Part shown: positions 8,316-17,156 of the stretch, one piece after another
Numbering within the stretch: position 1 is the stretch's first letter
Layout of the letters: every line of letters starts with the position of its first letter
Origin: a virus
Length of the DNA: 64,000 nt
Reading direction: 5' to 3' (one strand)
IMG/VR virus record: IMGVR_UViG_3300008954_000005
Location: 32,001 to 96,000 of that record
The notes under the pieces: generated by a model
Database searches by the model: none
The model's input: only the letters and a program-made list of their open reading frames with translations
Told to the model about the DNA's origin: nothing
Made by a program: the position numbers and the translations under genes

Positions 8316-8429
8316 CGACAGAGTATAGATTGTCAAGCCAATAGGCGGTTGATCTCGAAGTAAGTACAGGCAATTACTACGTTTTTAACGACAAAGATTA
8401 CCTTGTCAGTGACACACATTATATTGTCA
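8316..8429. promoter_or_regulatory. three YGACA-N10-TGTCA palindromes (8316-8335, 8389-8408, 8410-8429) upstream of parB
   Basis: Read directly. Same spacing as the 7075-7188 cluster. Confidence 0.75.
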
Positions 8430-8513
8430 TTTTATTCCTAATGGAGAACCTACTACCGATGAATATTTATGCAGCGGTATTGAGAACAAAACCAACAAAT
8501 GGAGGTTATTACC

Positions 8514-9413
8514 ATGCAGCTTGAGCAGCAGGTATTCCCAATTGACAGCATCGAGCGAAATGTGCTCGGTTTCCGAAACAGTCGATCCGATGTTGGAGAT
8601 ACGCGAGAACTTCGCGCCTCCATCATTTCCGATGGGCTGCTAAACCCCCCAATCGTTCACGTTACTACAGATGAAGATGGTAATGAGAGAGTCCTTCTCA
8701 TTGCGGGCTATCGACGACTCCAGGCTATTCTGGATGAGCGGCAGGCTCGAAGTGAGGGGGAGGATGAAGAGGCTTTCTTCGAAGACATCGCATGCGGTGT
8801 CCACGTTGGATCTCTTGAGTCCGCTCTCGCCCTGAACATTGCAGAGAACCTGCAGCGTGAAACGCTAAACTTCGCAGATAAGTGTGAAGCCGTATTCCGA
8901 CTTAATGAGCGCATCGGTAATCAGCAAGAAGTTGCTGATATGCTGAACATCTCTCAGCCCCAGGTGAGCGTTCTTTGCTCCACCTACAAGGGACTGAGTA
9001 CTGTTGCGTTCGATTGTCTTCGGCACGGTCGAATCACCATGGGACAGGCTAAGAAGCTTGCCAAGGTGGTGAAGGCTGACGGTACTCCAGACGCTGGTCA
9101 GCAGGATGAAATCCTTGAACAGCTTCTGGGACAGGGTAAGGATGAGGTTCCTGACACTAAGCAGCGTCAGCGAGCTAAGACCTACCGCTCGAAGAAGGAA
9201 GTCGAAGAGCTTCGTACCGCTCTTGCAAACGACGAAACCGGACTGGATCAGGAGCACAAGGACGCGGCGACCCGCTTCGTTCAGTGGTACTTCTGCGAAA
9301 TCGATACTGATGAACTCATTCATCGTATTGATGCGGTCGAAGAGGTTACGGTCGAAGATAAGCCCACCAAGAAGACGATTAAGCGTAAGCGTCGTATTCG
9401 GGTAGGTGACTAA
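8514..9413 (+). CDS. parB: ParB/Spo0J-family protein
   Basis: ELRASI..DGLLNPPIV, LIAGYRRLQA (GxRR box), ENLQRETL, and HTH QQEVADMLNISQPQVS. ATG 8514 follows GGAGG. Confidence 0.88.
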   Translation: MQLEQQVFPIDSIERNVLGFRNSRSDVGDTRELRASIISDGLLNPPIVHVTTDEDGNERVLLIAGYRRLQAILDERQARSEGEDEEAFFEDIACGVHVGSLESALALNIAENLQRETLNFADKCEAVFRLNERIGNQQEVADMLNISQPQVSVLCSTYKGLSTVAFDCLRHGRITMGQAKKLAKVVKADGTPDAGQQDEILEQLLGQGKDEVPDTKQRQRAKTYRSKKEVEELRTALANDETGLDQEHKDAATRFVQWYFCEIDTDELIHRIDAVEEVTVEDKPTKKTIKRKRRIRVGD

Positions 9414-11006
9414 ATGAACCGGAGCGTCGAAGAACTCGACGTTCTCATTAGGGCTGCGCACCCGGTGATCTTTGTGGTTAGCCATGAAGAACATCGGGTT
9501 GCGCAAGCTCTTCATGAGATTGTTGAGCGCAAAAATAAAAGTTCAGAGGCTAACGCCTCTCTGTGGACATGGTCTATGACCGATGGAGCCTACTGCGGCG
9601 ACGAAAACTTCACAGATTTAGACGGTCCTCTTGAGATTCTTGAGCATATCGGAAAGTACGAAAAATCCGGTGTCTTTATGTTGAAGGACTTCGCGTATTT
9701 CCTGAATGAAGGCCCTGCCTATCTTGTTCAAAGAAAACTACGCGACCTCACGTCAGCTATGGGGCATGGAATTTCCATCGTAATTGTGGATAGTGAGTTA
9801 AACATCCCACCCCGTCTTGAGAAGCTTATGACCGTTGTGGACTTCGACCTCCCAACAGCACAAGAACTTGAGAGCTACACGGCGTGGGTAGTTAAGGACC
9901 ACCTAGGTAAGCAGAAGGACGTACCCCAAATTCATGAGGACGCCTGTAATGCTGCCGTAGGCCTTACTGCTACAGAAGTTGAAAACGTCTTCTGTAAGTC
10001 GCTCGCTAAAAATAGCACGCTTGATCCTAAAGTGATCATGGAAGAGAAGAAGCACATCATTCGTAAGTCTGGGGTGCTTCAGTACCATGACGTAGATAGG
10101 GATATGGCTGATGTAGGTGGACTCGCAACCCTTAAGGGATGGGTCAACCAACGAGGTCGGGCGTTCACCTCCAAGGCTAGAGAGTATGGTCTTCCACACC
10201 CAAGAGGAGCCCTCATTGTGGGAATTCCGGGTACTGGTAAATCCTTGATTGCAAAGTGTATCGGCGCATCATGGAAGATGCCGGTGCTGCGTATGGATGT
10301 GGGCGCTTTGTTCGGACAGTTTGTCGGGCAGTCAGAAGCAAATATGCGGAAGGCCCTGAAGACTGCGGAAGCTCTAGCTCCCTGTGTATTGTGGATTGAT
10401 GAACTCGAAAAGGGTTTTGGTAGTGCGGGTGGTGGGGGTGCTCACGATAGCGGAACCTCTGCCCGTGTGTTTGGTAGCTTCCTATCTTGGATGCAGGAGA
10501 AAACTTCTCCTGTATTCGTAGTTGCTACCGCAAATGACGTAAGCCAACTTCCACCAGAGATGCTTAGAAAAGGAAGATTTGACGAATTGTTTTTCGTAGA
10601 CCTTCCAAATGAAGCAGACAGGAAGGAAGTATTCCGTATCCACATTAGCAGGCTGGGGAGAGACCCAGACATGTTTGATCTCGGTGATCTTGTCAAACTC
10701 ACGAACGGTTTTACCGGCGCTGAGATTGAGCAAGTGATCGTTGACGGTTTATTCTTGGCCTTTGATGAGGACAGGGAACCAACCCTAAATGATTATTCAA
10801 TTGCTGCTGCTAGGACAGTCCCAATCTCCAAAACAATGGAGAAGAAGATTGAAGCTCTTCGTGGCTGGGCAAATGGTCGTGCTCTCATGGCCAATGAGTC
10901 TGACAAGCGAAAGAACGCTCCTACAAGCAGAGCGGCCAAGCGTGAAGGACGAGTCAAGCCAACAACAGGCTCTGACTGGTCCGGTCTGAAGAAGAAGGCA
11001 AATTGA
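9414..11006 (+). CDS. Ycf46-like AAA+ ATPase (FtsH/Cdc48 clade)
   Basis: DVGGL..LK, Walker A GIPGTGKS, Walker B LWIDELEK, ATAN, LRKGRFDELFFVDLP. Degenerate N-terminal AAA domain (VSHEEHR, LKDF). Confidence 0.9.
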   Translation: MNRSVEELDVLIRAAHPVIFVVSHEEHRVAQALHEIVERKNKSSEANASLWTWSMTDGAYCGDENFTDLDGPLEILEHIGKYEKSGVFMLKDFAYFLNEGPAYLVQRKLRDLTSAMGHGISIVIVDSELNIPPRLEKLMTVVDFDLPTAQELESYTAWVVKDHLGKQKDVPQIHEDACNAAVGLTATEVENVFCKSLAKNSTLDPKVIMEEKKHIIRKSGVLQYHDVDRDMADVGGLATLKGWVNQRGRAFTSKAREYGLPHPRGALIVGIPGTGKSLIAKCIGASWKMPVLRMDVGALFGQFVGQSEANMRKALKTAEALAPCVLWIDELEKGFGSAGGGGAHDSGTSARVFGSFLSWMQEKTSPVFVVATANDVSQLPPEMLRKGRFDELFFVDLPNEADRKEVFRIHISRLGRDPDMFDLGDLVKLTNGFTGAEIEQVIVDGLFLAFDEDREPTLNDYSIAAARTVPISKTMEKKIEALRGWANGRALMANESDKRKNAPTSRAAKREGRVKPTTGSDWSGLKKKAN

Positions 11007-11875
11007 GTCGCGGGCGGCATCATACTGGAATAATCCAGCTAGACGAATTTCTTCAGGGAGGTCTTCCTTCGGGTATCTGCGAAGTTATCGGGGAAGACGC
11101 GAGTGGGAAATCTACGTTGGGGTTTAGTGTGATGAGGGAGGCCTCTTTAAGGGGCCTCCCAACCGCCTTGATTCATACGGAAGGGTATCCCGATAAAGGG
11201 TATATCCGTAGGTCCGGTCCAACCGAATGCTTAGTTAGTGTACCTACTAACGCCGAAGCAGCTATCGAATCTGCCCACGTTTCCCTCCTTAGTGGGTGTG
11301 TGATCGTAGTGATCGATTCTCTTTCGGCTGCTGAGTCTGTATGCGATCAGGCTCAAGTTGTCGGTGACCGTGTCCCTTTCGCTGCTAGGAAGATGGCTTA
11401 CCATGGCCTTAGTATCCTCCGAGAAGAAGCCTTAAAAAGAAACGCATTGGTGCTGGTCGTGAATCAGCTAAGAACGCCTATCCAATCCCTAGTGCCCACA
11501 CCCTGTTCCTCATTTGAGGGGACTATAAACAGGTTGTGTGCCGTGCGGATAAGGACCGTTAGAGAAACCACCAGAAATGAGTATGGGGAGCTTGCCTACC
11601 TAAAGGTGCGGTTCAACATCTATCGCTCATTGGTTTCTCCCCCAAGTGACAGAGCCTACGGATTTCTCTTTAATCAAAAAGGGTTTTGTCGGGGCTTCGA
11701 ACTTATGCGTGCTCTATTATCGGCTAATATACTAGACCAAAAAGGCGCATACCTTATCGGTCAAGATGGCAAATCGCTAGGCCCTGGGTATCTAGGTGCC
11801 GCAGAGCAAATCAATAAAAATTTTGAACACTATCGGAGGATCTACGATGATCGAAGTCAAAGTAGTAGTCCATGA
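11003..11875 (+). CDS. divergent RecA-like ATPase
   Basis: TGIIQLDEFL.GGLPSG, EVIGEDASGKST (Walker A), VVIDS (Walker B), VNQLR. Confidence 0.75.
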   Translation: MSRGRHHTGIIQLDEFLQGGLPSGICEVIGEDASGKSTLGFSVMREASLRGLPTALIHTEGYPDKGYIRRSGPTECLVSVPTNAEAAIESAHVSLLSGCVIVVIDSLSAAESVCDQAQVVGDRVPFAARKMAYHGLSILREEALKRNALVLVVNQLRTPIQSLVPTPCSSFEGTINRLCAVRIRTVRETTRNEYGELAYLKVRFNIYRSLVSPPSDRAYGFLFNQKGFCRGFELMRALLSANILDQKGAYLIGQDGKSLGPGYLGAAEQINKNFEHYRRIYDDRSQSSSP

Positions 11876-12032
11876 AGACGGAACCGTTGAGACCGAGGTT
11901 AATGGCGTAAAGGGAAAGGGTTGTACCCAGTACACAAACGCTGTAATCAAGGCCTTGGGCGGTGAAGTAGTCAAGGATGAAAAGAAACAAGAGTATTATG
12001 AGTCCGAGTCTACCTCTGTGAAGAGTAGATGA
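11847..12032 (+). CDS. DUF2997-family protein
   Basis: EDGTVETEVNGVKGKGC...ALGG...K.EYY signature. GGAGG RBS. Confidence 0.8.
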   Translation: MIEVKVVVHEDGTVETEVNGVKGKGCTQYTNAVIKALGGEVVKDEKKQEYYESESTSVKSR

Positions 12033-12616
12033 GGATCCATAGAGTTACCTACGGAAGTCGTGTAAACGGCCCCGGTGTAAGAACAGTTCTACATACACAG
12101 GGATGCACAATAGGCTGCGCCGGTTGTTTCAATGCACACACCTGGGATGCCGACAAAGGCGACGAACTCACGGTAGATACCGTTATTGAACTGCTTCTGT
12201 CCGACATTAAGGACGGAGTGACTATTTCTGGTGGAGAGCCCACCGAGCAATGGGAAGAGCTACACGTAGTTCTTCAAAGACTTAAAGACGTAGGCCACAG
12301 TGTGGTCCTATTTACAGGACTAACCAAAGCCCAACTAGAAGAACGTGAGATCTGGAAAGATCTTCAGAGCCTAACCGATATCCTTATCGTTGGGCCATAT
12401 GACAGAACAAAACATATACAAAGTGAACCTTTAAGAAGCTCCTCTAATCAGGAAGTCTTCTTCTTCTCAGAATACACATCTGATGATCTAGAATCCGTAC
12501 CGGAAATCGAAGTACACGTTGACGGGGATACCGTCACCATTGCTGGGTTTCCTACTAAACCAATAAGAACAACTCTCTTACGAGAGTTAAAGGAGGGCGC
12601 ATGTCGCACCTTGTAA
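12029..12616 (+). CDS. radical SAM protein, NrdG-like
   Basis: NGPGVR..L.TQGCTIGCAGCFN (CxxxCxxC), GVTISGGEP, SSNQ. Confidence 0.85.
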   Translation: MRIHRVTYGSRVNGPGVRTVLHTQGCTIGCAGCFNAHTWDADKGDELTVDTVIELLLSDIKDGVTISGGEPTEQWEELHVVLQRLKDVGHSVVLFTGLTKAQLEEREIWKDLQSLTDILIVGPYDRTKHIQSEPLRSSSNQEVFFFSEYTSDDLESVPEIEVHVDGDTVTIAGFPTKPIRTTLLRELKEGACRTL

Positions 12617-13020
12617 GTTGTAAGTCCTGTATGAAGGACAAAGATGCCGTACTCTCCGCTCTTAGTAAGCTAGGGGTTCCCGCAGAACTGATTCAAGTAG
12701 CGCAAGATGGCCAAACCCTGGACCTCCAAGGTTACATGCGTGGCCACACTGCGAAAGTGGATATCCTTGTGGATAGATCTTTTCACGGCGGATACGGACC
12801 TTTTGGTTTTTCCAAGAGTGAGGACGGAACATATCAAGTTCACGTAGACGATATGGATGACCGTGGCGCACTAGCTGCGAAGACTAAGACTAGTACATTT
12901 TCCACTGGAGTAAGTCAGTGGTACAGCGCTCTGAAAGCCCAGAGAGCCTTAAAGAAGCAAGGTCTCTCCACCAAAATCAAGCAAGAAGGGCAAAAGCTGG
13001 TGGTTTTGGCTAAGGGATAA
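12601..13020 (+). CDS. DUF1257 (Ycf35-like) protein
   Basis: MSH start, L..AL..LG, GF...DG.Y, Q.Y, and adjacency to the AAA ATPase and DUF2997. Confidence 0.75.
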   Translation: MSHLVSCKSCMKDKDAVLSALSKLGVPAELIQVAQDGQTLDLQGYMRGHTAKVDILVDRSFHGGYGPFGFSKSEDGTYQVHVDDMDDRGALAAKTKTSTFSTGVSQWYSALKAQRALKKQGLSTKIKQEGQKLVVLAKG

Positions 13021-13026
13021 TACACT

Positions 13027-13062
13027 AAATGCGGACTCCCCCGGTGGGGTCCGCATTTTTTT
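13027..13062 (+). terminator. intrinsic terminator
   Basis: AAATGCGGACTCC-loop-GGGGTCCGCATTTTTTT. Confidence 0.85.
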
Positions 13063-13083
13063 ACCTATAAATGAGGAGGATAA

Positions 13084-13443
13084 ATGTGGTTAAAAATAAC
13101 GGAGTTCTTTAGTAAGGTCTGGAGCCTCTTAAAGAAGACCCCTGGGGCAATCATTCTAGTTCTATTGGCATTGGTTGCTGTGGTCTGGTGGTTAGTGAAT
13201 CGACAACTTCTCCTTAAGAAGAAGCTACAGATCCAAAAAGAGATCACCAACATCGAGACCGACGCAGCTACGGCTCGGGCTATGGCGGAAGCCACACACA
13301 GCGCAGAGACAGCCGCCGCTACTAAAGAGTATGAAGAAGAGAAGGCTAAGCTAGAAGAACAAAAGAAGCGTATCGAGGAGGCCGAGAAAAAAGGCCCTGT
13401 AGCAATAGCTGAAGAATGGAAGAAGTTCCTGTCAGGAGGGTGA
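13084..13443 (+). CDS. membrane-anchored coiled-coil protein (i-spanin-like)
   Basis: N-terminal TM (AIILVLLALVAVVWWLV) followed by a coiled coil. GAGGAGG RBS. Confidence 0.6.
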   Translation: MWLKITEFFSKVWSLLKKTPGAIILVLLALVAVVWWLVNRQLLLKKKLQIQKEITNIETDAATARAMAEATHSAETAAATKEYEEEKAKLEEQKKRIEEAEKKGPVAIAEEWKKFLSGG

Positions 13444-13444
13444 G

Positions 13445-13879
13445 ATGAAGAATGTACTAAACTCTATTACCGTTGTAATGGTCTCCGTAGGATTGGTGTT
13501 CACACCTGTTATCGCCTACGCAGATGACCCCCCGTCAGAGGCGTGCACTGAGCCTGTGGCAGTGACCACGCCGTGTTCCGGAGTACTGCTCCCACCAGAT
13601 GCGGCGGCGGAGGGGCTACGCTGTTTGAGCGTTACCGTTCCAAGGCTTCAGTTGGATATCGACTTCCTGAACACGACTTACACAAGCCGGGAAACCCGCT
13701 ATCAATTACTGCTAGACGCAGAAAGAACCAGGGGAGACCGGCTGTTTGAACAACTACAGGACGCAGCCGGTATGACTGCCCCCAAGTGGTACGAACATCC
13801 TATCTTCTGGTTCTCTGTGGGATTCATAGTAGCTGGAGCGACCACTGTAGGGATTACCTACGCGGTGAATAACGAGTAA
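13445..13879 (+). CDS. exported protein with C-terminal TM (possible lysis accessory)
   Basis: Signal peptide AYA|D, short coiled coil, and C-terminal hydrophobic segment WFSVGFIVAGATTVGITYAV. Confidence 0.6.
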   Translation: MKNVLNSITVVMVSVGLVFTPVIAYADDPPSEACTEPVAVTTPCSGVLLPPDAAAEGLRCLSVTVPRLQLDIDFLNTTYTSRETRYQLLLDAERTRGDRLFEQLQDAAGMTAPKWYEHPIFWFSVGFIVAGATTVGITYAVNNE

Positions 13880-13880
13880 G

Positions 13881-14165
13881 CTACTGTTGTCGCCAGTCAC
13901 CAACTCGTAAGAGCGTTTTTGCCGCCTTTGCCACTCTTTGGCCCGCAGGCTGTACCCGAGGTGGTCGTATCTTCGGCGGAGCAGCACCAATACTAGCAAC
14001 GCCCTTTGGCCCGAGAACTGGAGCTTGCTTCGGTCGCCAAGAACCTGCTCGGAAGAGCGTTTTTGCCGCTCCCCCCACTCTTCCCAAGAGGCTTTGCTCC
14101 TGGGCAATCTTGGTAAGCTCTCTTACAAGAAGCTTTCTAGCAGCATGCTTTCCCAAAGCGTTCAT
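13881..14165 (-). CDS. small basic virion-module protein
   Basis: Last - strand ORF of the block. KHAA and KIAQ motifs. Confidence 0.5.
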   Translation of the reverse strand: MNALGKHAARKLLVRELTKIAQEQSLLGRVGGAAKTLFRAGSWRPKQAPVLGPKGVASIGAAPPKIRPPRVQPAGQRVAKAAKTLLRVGDWRQQ

Positions 14166-14169
14166 AAGT

Positions 14170-14913
14170 TTAACCTTTATCTCCGGCACGTTTCAGCGCC
14201 CTAATTGCCATAGCGTCTGATGATCCTATACCACCCTCATAACCAGTTCTGGCTCTTCCGCGAGCGGCTCTTGCGTGTATTGCTCGAAGAAGGGCTTGTG
14301 CACCATAACCAGCACCACCGCCCATAAGGCCCATCAAAGCGGCCCCCTTAAGGCCACCAATCGCACCACCCAATCCCGCGCCAGCAAGTCCCCCGAGGGC
14401 ACCGGTGCCGGAAGCGCTAGTAATTGCTCTTGATAGAGGATTGGTTCCGTGGGAACGGCCTTTTGACTCTGTTTCCCCGCTTGCGCGTAAAGCGCGAAGA
14501 AGCCTTTGCTCAGAACCACCAATACCTTCTTGGCCCTGTCGTGCGCGACCACGAGCAGCCCTAGCTCGAATTACACGAAGCAATGCCGATGATGCCGCAC
14601 CCGTTAAAGCGCCACCTATCATTAGTTTGGCGTAATTTGGCTTCATCTTCCCTATAAATGGTTTTGCCTTAGCAAGGATCTCCACCGCCTCTTTATTGCC
14701 CCCCGCTGCTGCTCTTTGGAGTTTATCGACACCCAGACCTCCCAAACCCGCTAGTGCGGCTCCACCGAGGCCCTTCTGTGCAGCCGCAATCGCCCCGAAC
14801 CCTCCGGGGTTTGTAAAGGTTCTGGAGATCGGGAAGGTGCGCTCATCTTTCTCAGCGAGCTTTATGATCAGACGTCGTTTTGCGGTGTGCTTTACTAAGG
14901 CGGAATATTCCAT
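14170..14913 (-). CDS. basic glycine-zipper protein with an internal duplication
   Basis: LLRVIRARAARGRARQGQEG and LLRAIHARAARGRARTGYEG repeats, plus KLAE. ATG 14913 follows GAGG. Confidence 0.7.
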   Translation of the reverse strand: MEYSALVKHTAKRRLIIKLAEKDERTFPISRTFTNPGGFGAIAAAQKGLGGAALAGLGGLGVDKLQRAAAGGNKEAVEILAKAKPFIGKMKPNYAKLMIGGALTGAASSALLRVIRARAARGRARQGQEGIGGSEQRLLRALRASGETESKGRSHGTNPLSRAITSASGTGALGGLAGAGLGGAIGGLKGAALMGLMGGGAGYGAQALLRAIHARAARGRARTGYEGGIGSSDAMAIRALKRAGDKG

Positions 14914-14921
14914 TTTGTTCC

Positions 14922-15221
14922 TCAACGGCACCGAGCGCCGGTTGCTTGGCAAATAGAGCTAATGTTTTCAGCAGCCCTGCTTTGCTCAGTACGAATAACG
15001 CGCTGTTCCATAATCATTTCGCGGGTATCCTCTTCAAGAGACTCAACACGCTCCTCAATGACCGGGTGTGCATCAAGCTTTTCATGCTCTTGGATATGGA
15101 TATCGTTGGTAGCCGCCTGTGCGGAAGTCTGGTGCTGTTGGTAGTACAGAGAACCCGAGGCAAAGATAATGGGCACCAACCACAGAGCTACCTTAAACGC
15201 GTTTTGTGTTCGAGCAGTCAT
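14922..15221 (-). CDS. single-TM coiled-coil protein
   Basis: VALWLVPIIFASGSLYY followed by a coiled coil. Confidence 0.6.
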   Translation of the reverse strand: MTARTQNAFKVALWLVPIIFASGSLYYQQHQTSAQAATNDIHIQEHEKLDAHPVIEERVESLEEDTREMIMEQRVIRTEQSRAAENISSICQATGARCR

Positions 15222-15224
15222 TGT

Positions 15225-15533
15225 TCAGCCCTTGTACGCATCGATAAGCTTCTCAATCTTCTTATATAGAAGGATTGAGAGAATACCACCAGAGGCCCCT
15301 ACGGAAACATCCCAGGGAAAAGCGTAAGGAAAAGACAATCCCACCCCTGCACCAATCAGGAGTGGGATTAGCCTAAACGCCGCTTGCCACATCCATGGGT
15401 CGGCGGAATTAACATCCCGACCAACCCACTTGCCGCAGATAAGTTTTATTATCTGCGTAATACCATAGCTAAGCACGCCCGAAATCGCGAGCAGTGCTAA
15501 AAGCTCTGGCATAGATGGCATGGAAGACTCCAC
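15225..15533 (-). CDS. holin-like membrane protein
   Basis: 102 aa with three hydrophobic segments and a basic C-terminus. Confidence 0.55.
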   Translation of the reverse strand: MESSMPSMPELLALLAISGVLSYGITQIIKLICGKWVGRDVNSADPWMWQAAFRLIPLLIGAGVGLSFPYAFPWDVSVGASGGILSILLYKKIEKLIDAYKG

Positions 15534-15535
15534 GA

Positions 15536-16300
15536 TTATACGGCCGTCTCAGAGGTGAAACCACCAGTGTCATCCGCAAGGACACCACTGATAAGCTGCA
15601 ACTGAGTAAGCTTAATCGGAACCATCTTCTCGTACTGGATTCCTACCGACTCTTGAATCAGTAGCCCCTGGGCATCTACAGCCAAAGAGTGCTGAGGTAC
15701 ATAACACTGGTCAAGGTAGACCGTTGCAATGTTGTTTTCCTCATTGTCCTTGAAGATCAACAGCAACCCAAGTGGCTGGCTGAACAGGTCAGAAGCCAGA
15801 TTGAGGAACATGTTGTCGTAGCCAGGGGGAACCTTAACGGAGTGGAGCCCCGCGCTAACGCCGTCAGCGCCAGTAACAGAGAAGGGGTTCACACCAAGTC
15901 CAGCAGATTCCATAAGAGGGCTGATCTTGTACTCATCCGATCCACCATCGGAGGTGTCATAATATGCGTATAGACATCTCAGGAGGCTCGGGCCGTGGTA
16001 AACCACGCGACCGAGGGAAAGCTGTCCAACGCTACGACCAGAGATGAAGTAGCTTCGATCTGAACCGATCTCAAAGATTCGGCTGATAGCCTTGTTCTGT
16101 GACAACGCAATGTTCTGAGTAAGTCCGATTGGGTAAACAATCGTGTTTGTCAGATCAGTGTCGCCAGAGCCTAGGGCTACTTGGCTGAAAAAGGGAGGTC
16201 CCGCGCAGATAAGGATAAACTGCCCGTTAAGGAAGTTACCTTCTCGGAGACCACCCTGTACGTGGGTCTTGTATGGTGACCAATTTTCTAAACCGGGCAT
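15536..16300 (-). CDS. tail tube protein
   Basis: IGLTQNI.LSQ......RIFEIGS..SYFI.G.....LS.GR pattern of contractile tube proteins. Lies downstream of the sheath. Confidence 0.7.
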   Translation of the reverse strand: MPGLENWSPYKTHVQGGLREGNFLNGQFILICAGPPFFSQVALGSGDTDLTNTIVYPIGLTQNIALSQNKAISRIFEIGSDRSYFISGRSVGQLSLGRVVYHGPSLLRCLYAYYDTSDGGSDEYKISPLMESAGLGVNPFSVTGADGVSAGLHSVKVPPGYDNMFLNLASDLFSQPLGLLLIFKDNEENNIATVYLDQCYVPQHSLAVDAQGLLIQESVGIQYEKMVPIKLTQLQLISGVLADDTGGFTSETAV

Positions 16301-16334
16301 GATTTCTCCTTATCCGGGCGTGGTTTCAAATGTT

Positions 16335-17126
16335 CTAGGCATCCGTTACGCGGAAGTCGCCAACACGGATAATGCTGCTTCCATACACAAGAAAAATGCC
16401 GAGTTGCCCAGCACCAACATCGGGCGGGTCAGACGTAAGAGTTGCGTTTGCACAAGAAAGTGACGAGTCAGTCCAAGAAATCGAACCAGAGGCCGGATCA
16501 AGACCGGTACCAGCGATCTCACCAATGTGAACCTGAAGGTTGGCACCCTGACCACCCGAAAGGTTGGTCTGAGAAATCAGGTCAGCCTCGGCCCAAGCCG
16601 TCCCAGCGCCCGATTCAACAGCGGCGAAAACCAAGTTGTCGGCGTCGGTGTCGGCATTGATGAGAGCGACTAACTCAGTCGTCGTCGTAGCGTCATCGCT
16701 TTCTTGTACGAGAGCGATGTCCGTACCAGAAGTGGTACAGGCGTCACCACCAGCATCTTCAGTCAGAGTAAGGGTAATATCATTACCACCTGTACCGGGG
16801 CGAAGTGCCGTTACACTGAACGAAGCTGTACCAGCAGCGTTCGAGAACGTCTTGGTTGCCGCTGCCAACTGGGTGGGGTCACCGAGGTCAGCCAGCCAGA
16901 AGTTGTCACCGGTCAAAATGACACTCACGCTGCCCGCGCCGGAACCGTTGTTAGCCGTGATAACACCGGATGCGTTGTACAGAGTTGGTGAACTAGAACC
17001 ACCCTCCATTGCCGCAAAAGCTGTTTCGATATCGGCCCGAAGGTCCGCAATCGCCTCACCGACGATACCATCACGGAATTCCTTGCCCGCGAGGTTCTTG
17101 GTGGGTCCAAAAGAATTACTTGCCAT
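16335..17126 (-). CDS. virion structural protein sharing a domain with the sheath insertion
   Basis: VTALRPGTGGNDITLTL...ELVALINAD...TNLSGG. Lies between sheath and tube. Confidence 0.6.
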   Translation of the reverse strand: MASNSFGPTKNLAGKEFRDGIVGEAIADLRADIETAFAAMEGGSSSPTLYNASGVITANNGSGAGSVSVILTGDNFWLADLGDPTQLAAATKTFSNAAGTASFSVTALRPGTGGNDITLTLTEDAGGDACTTSGTDIALVQESDDATTTTELVALINADTDADNLVFAAVESGAGTAWAEADLISQTNLSGGQGANLQVHIGEIAGTGLDPASGSISWTDSSLSCANATLTSDPPDVGAGQLGIFLVYGSSIIRVGDFRVTDA

Positions 17127-17156
17127 TGTTCAAATCCTCCTAAGATTCCTAATTGA

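Noticed and set aside
7075-8429. Palindromes as a CRISPR array or transposon ends
   Set aside because: Only the 5-bp arms are conserved, there is no repeat-spacer periodicity, and no cas or transposase gene is present.
8865-9515. 216 aa - strand ORF
   Set aside because: Antisense to parB and the AAA gene, with no motifs.
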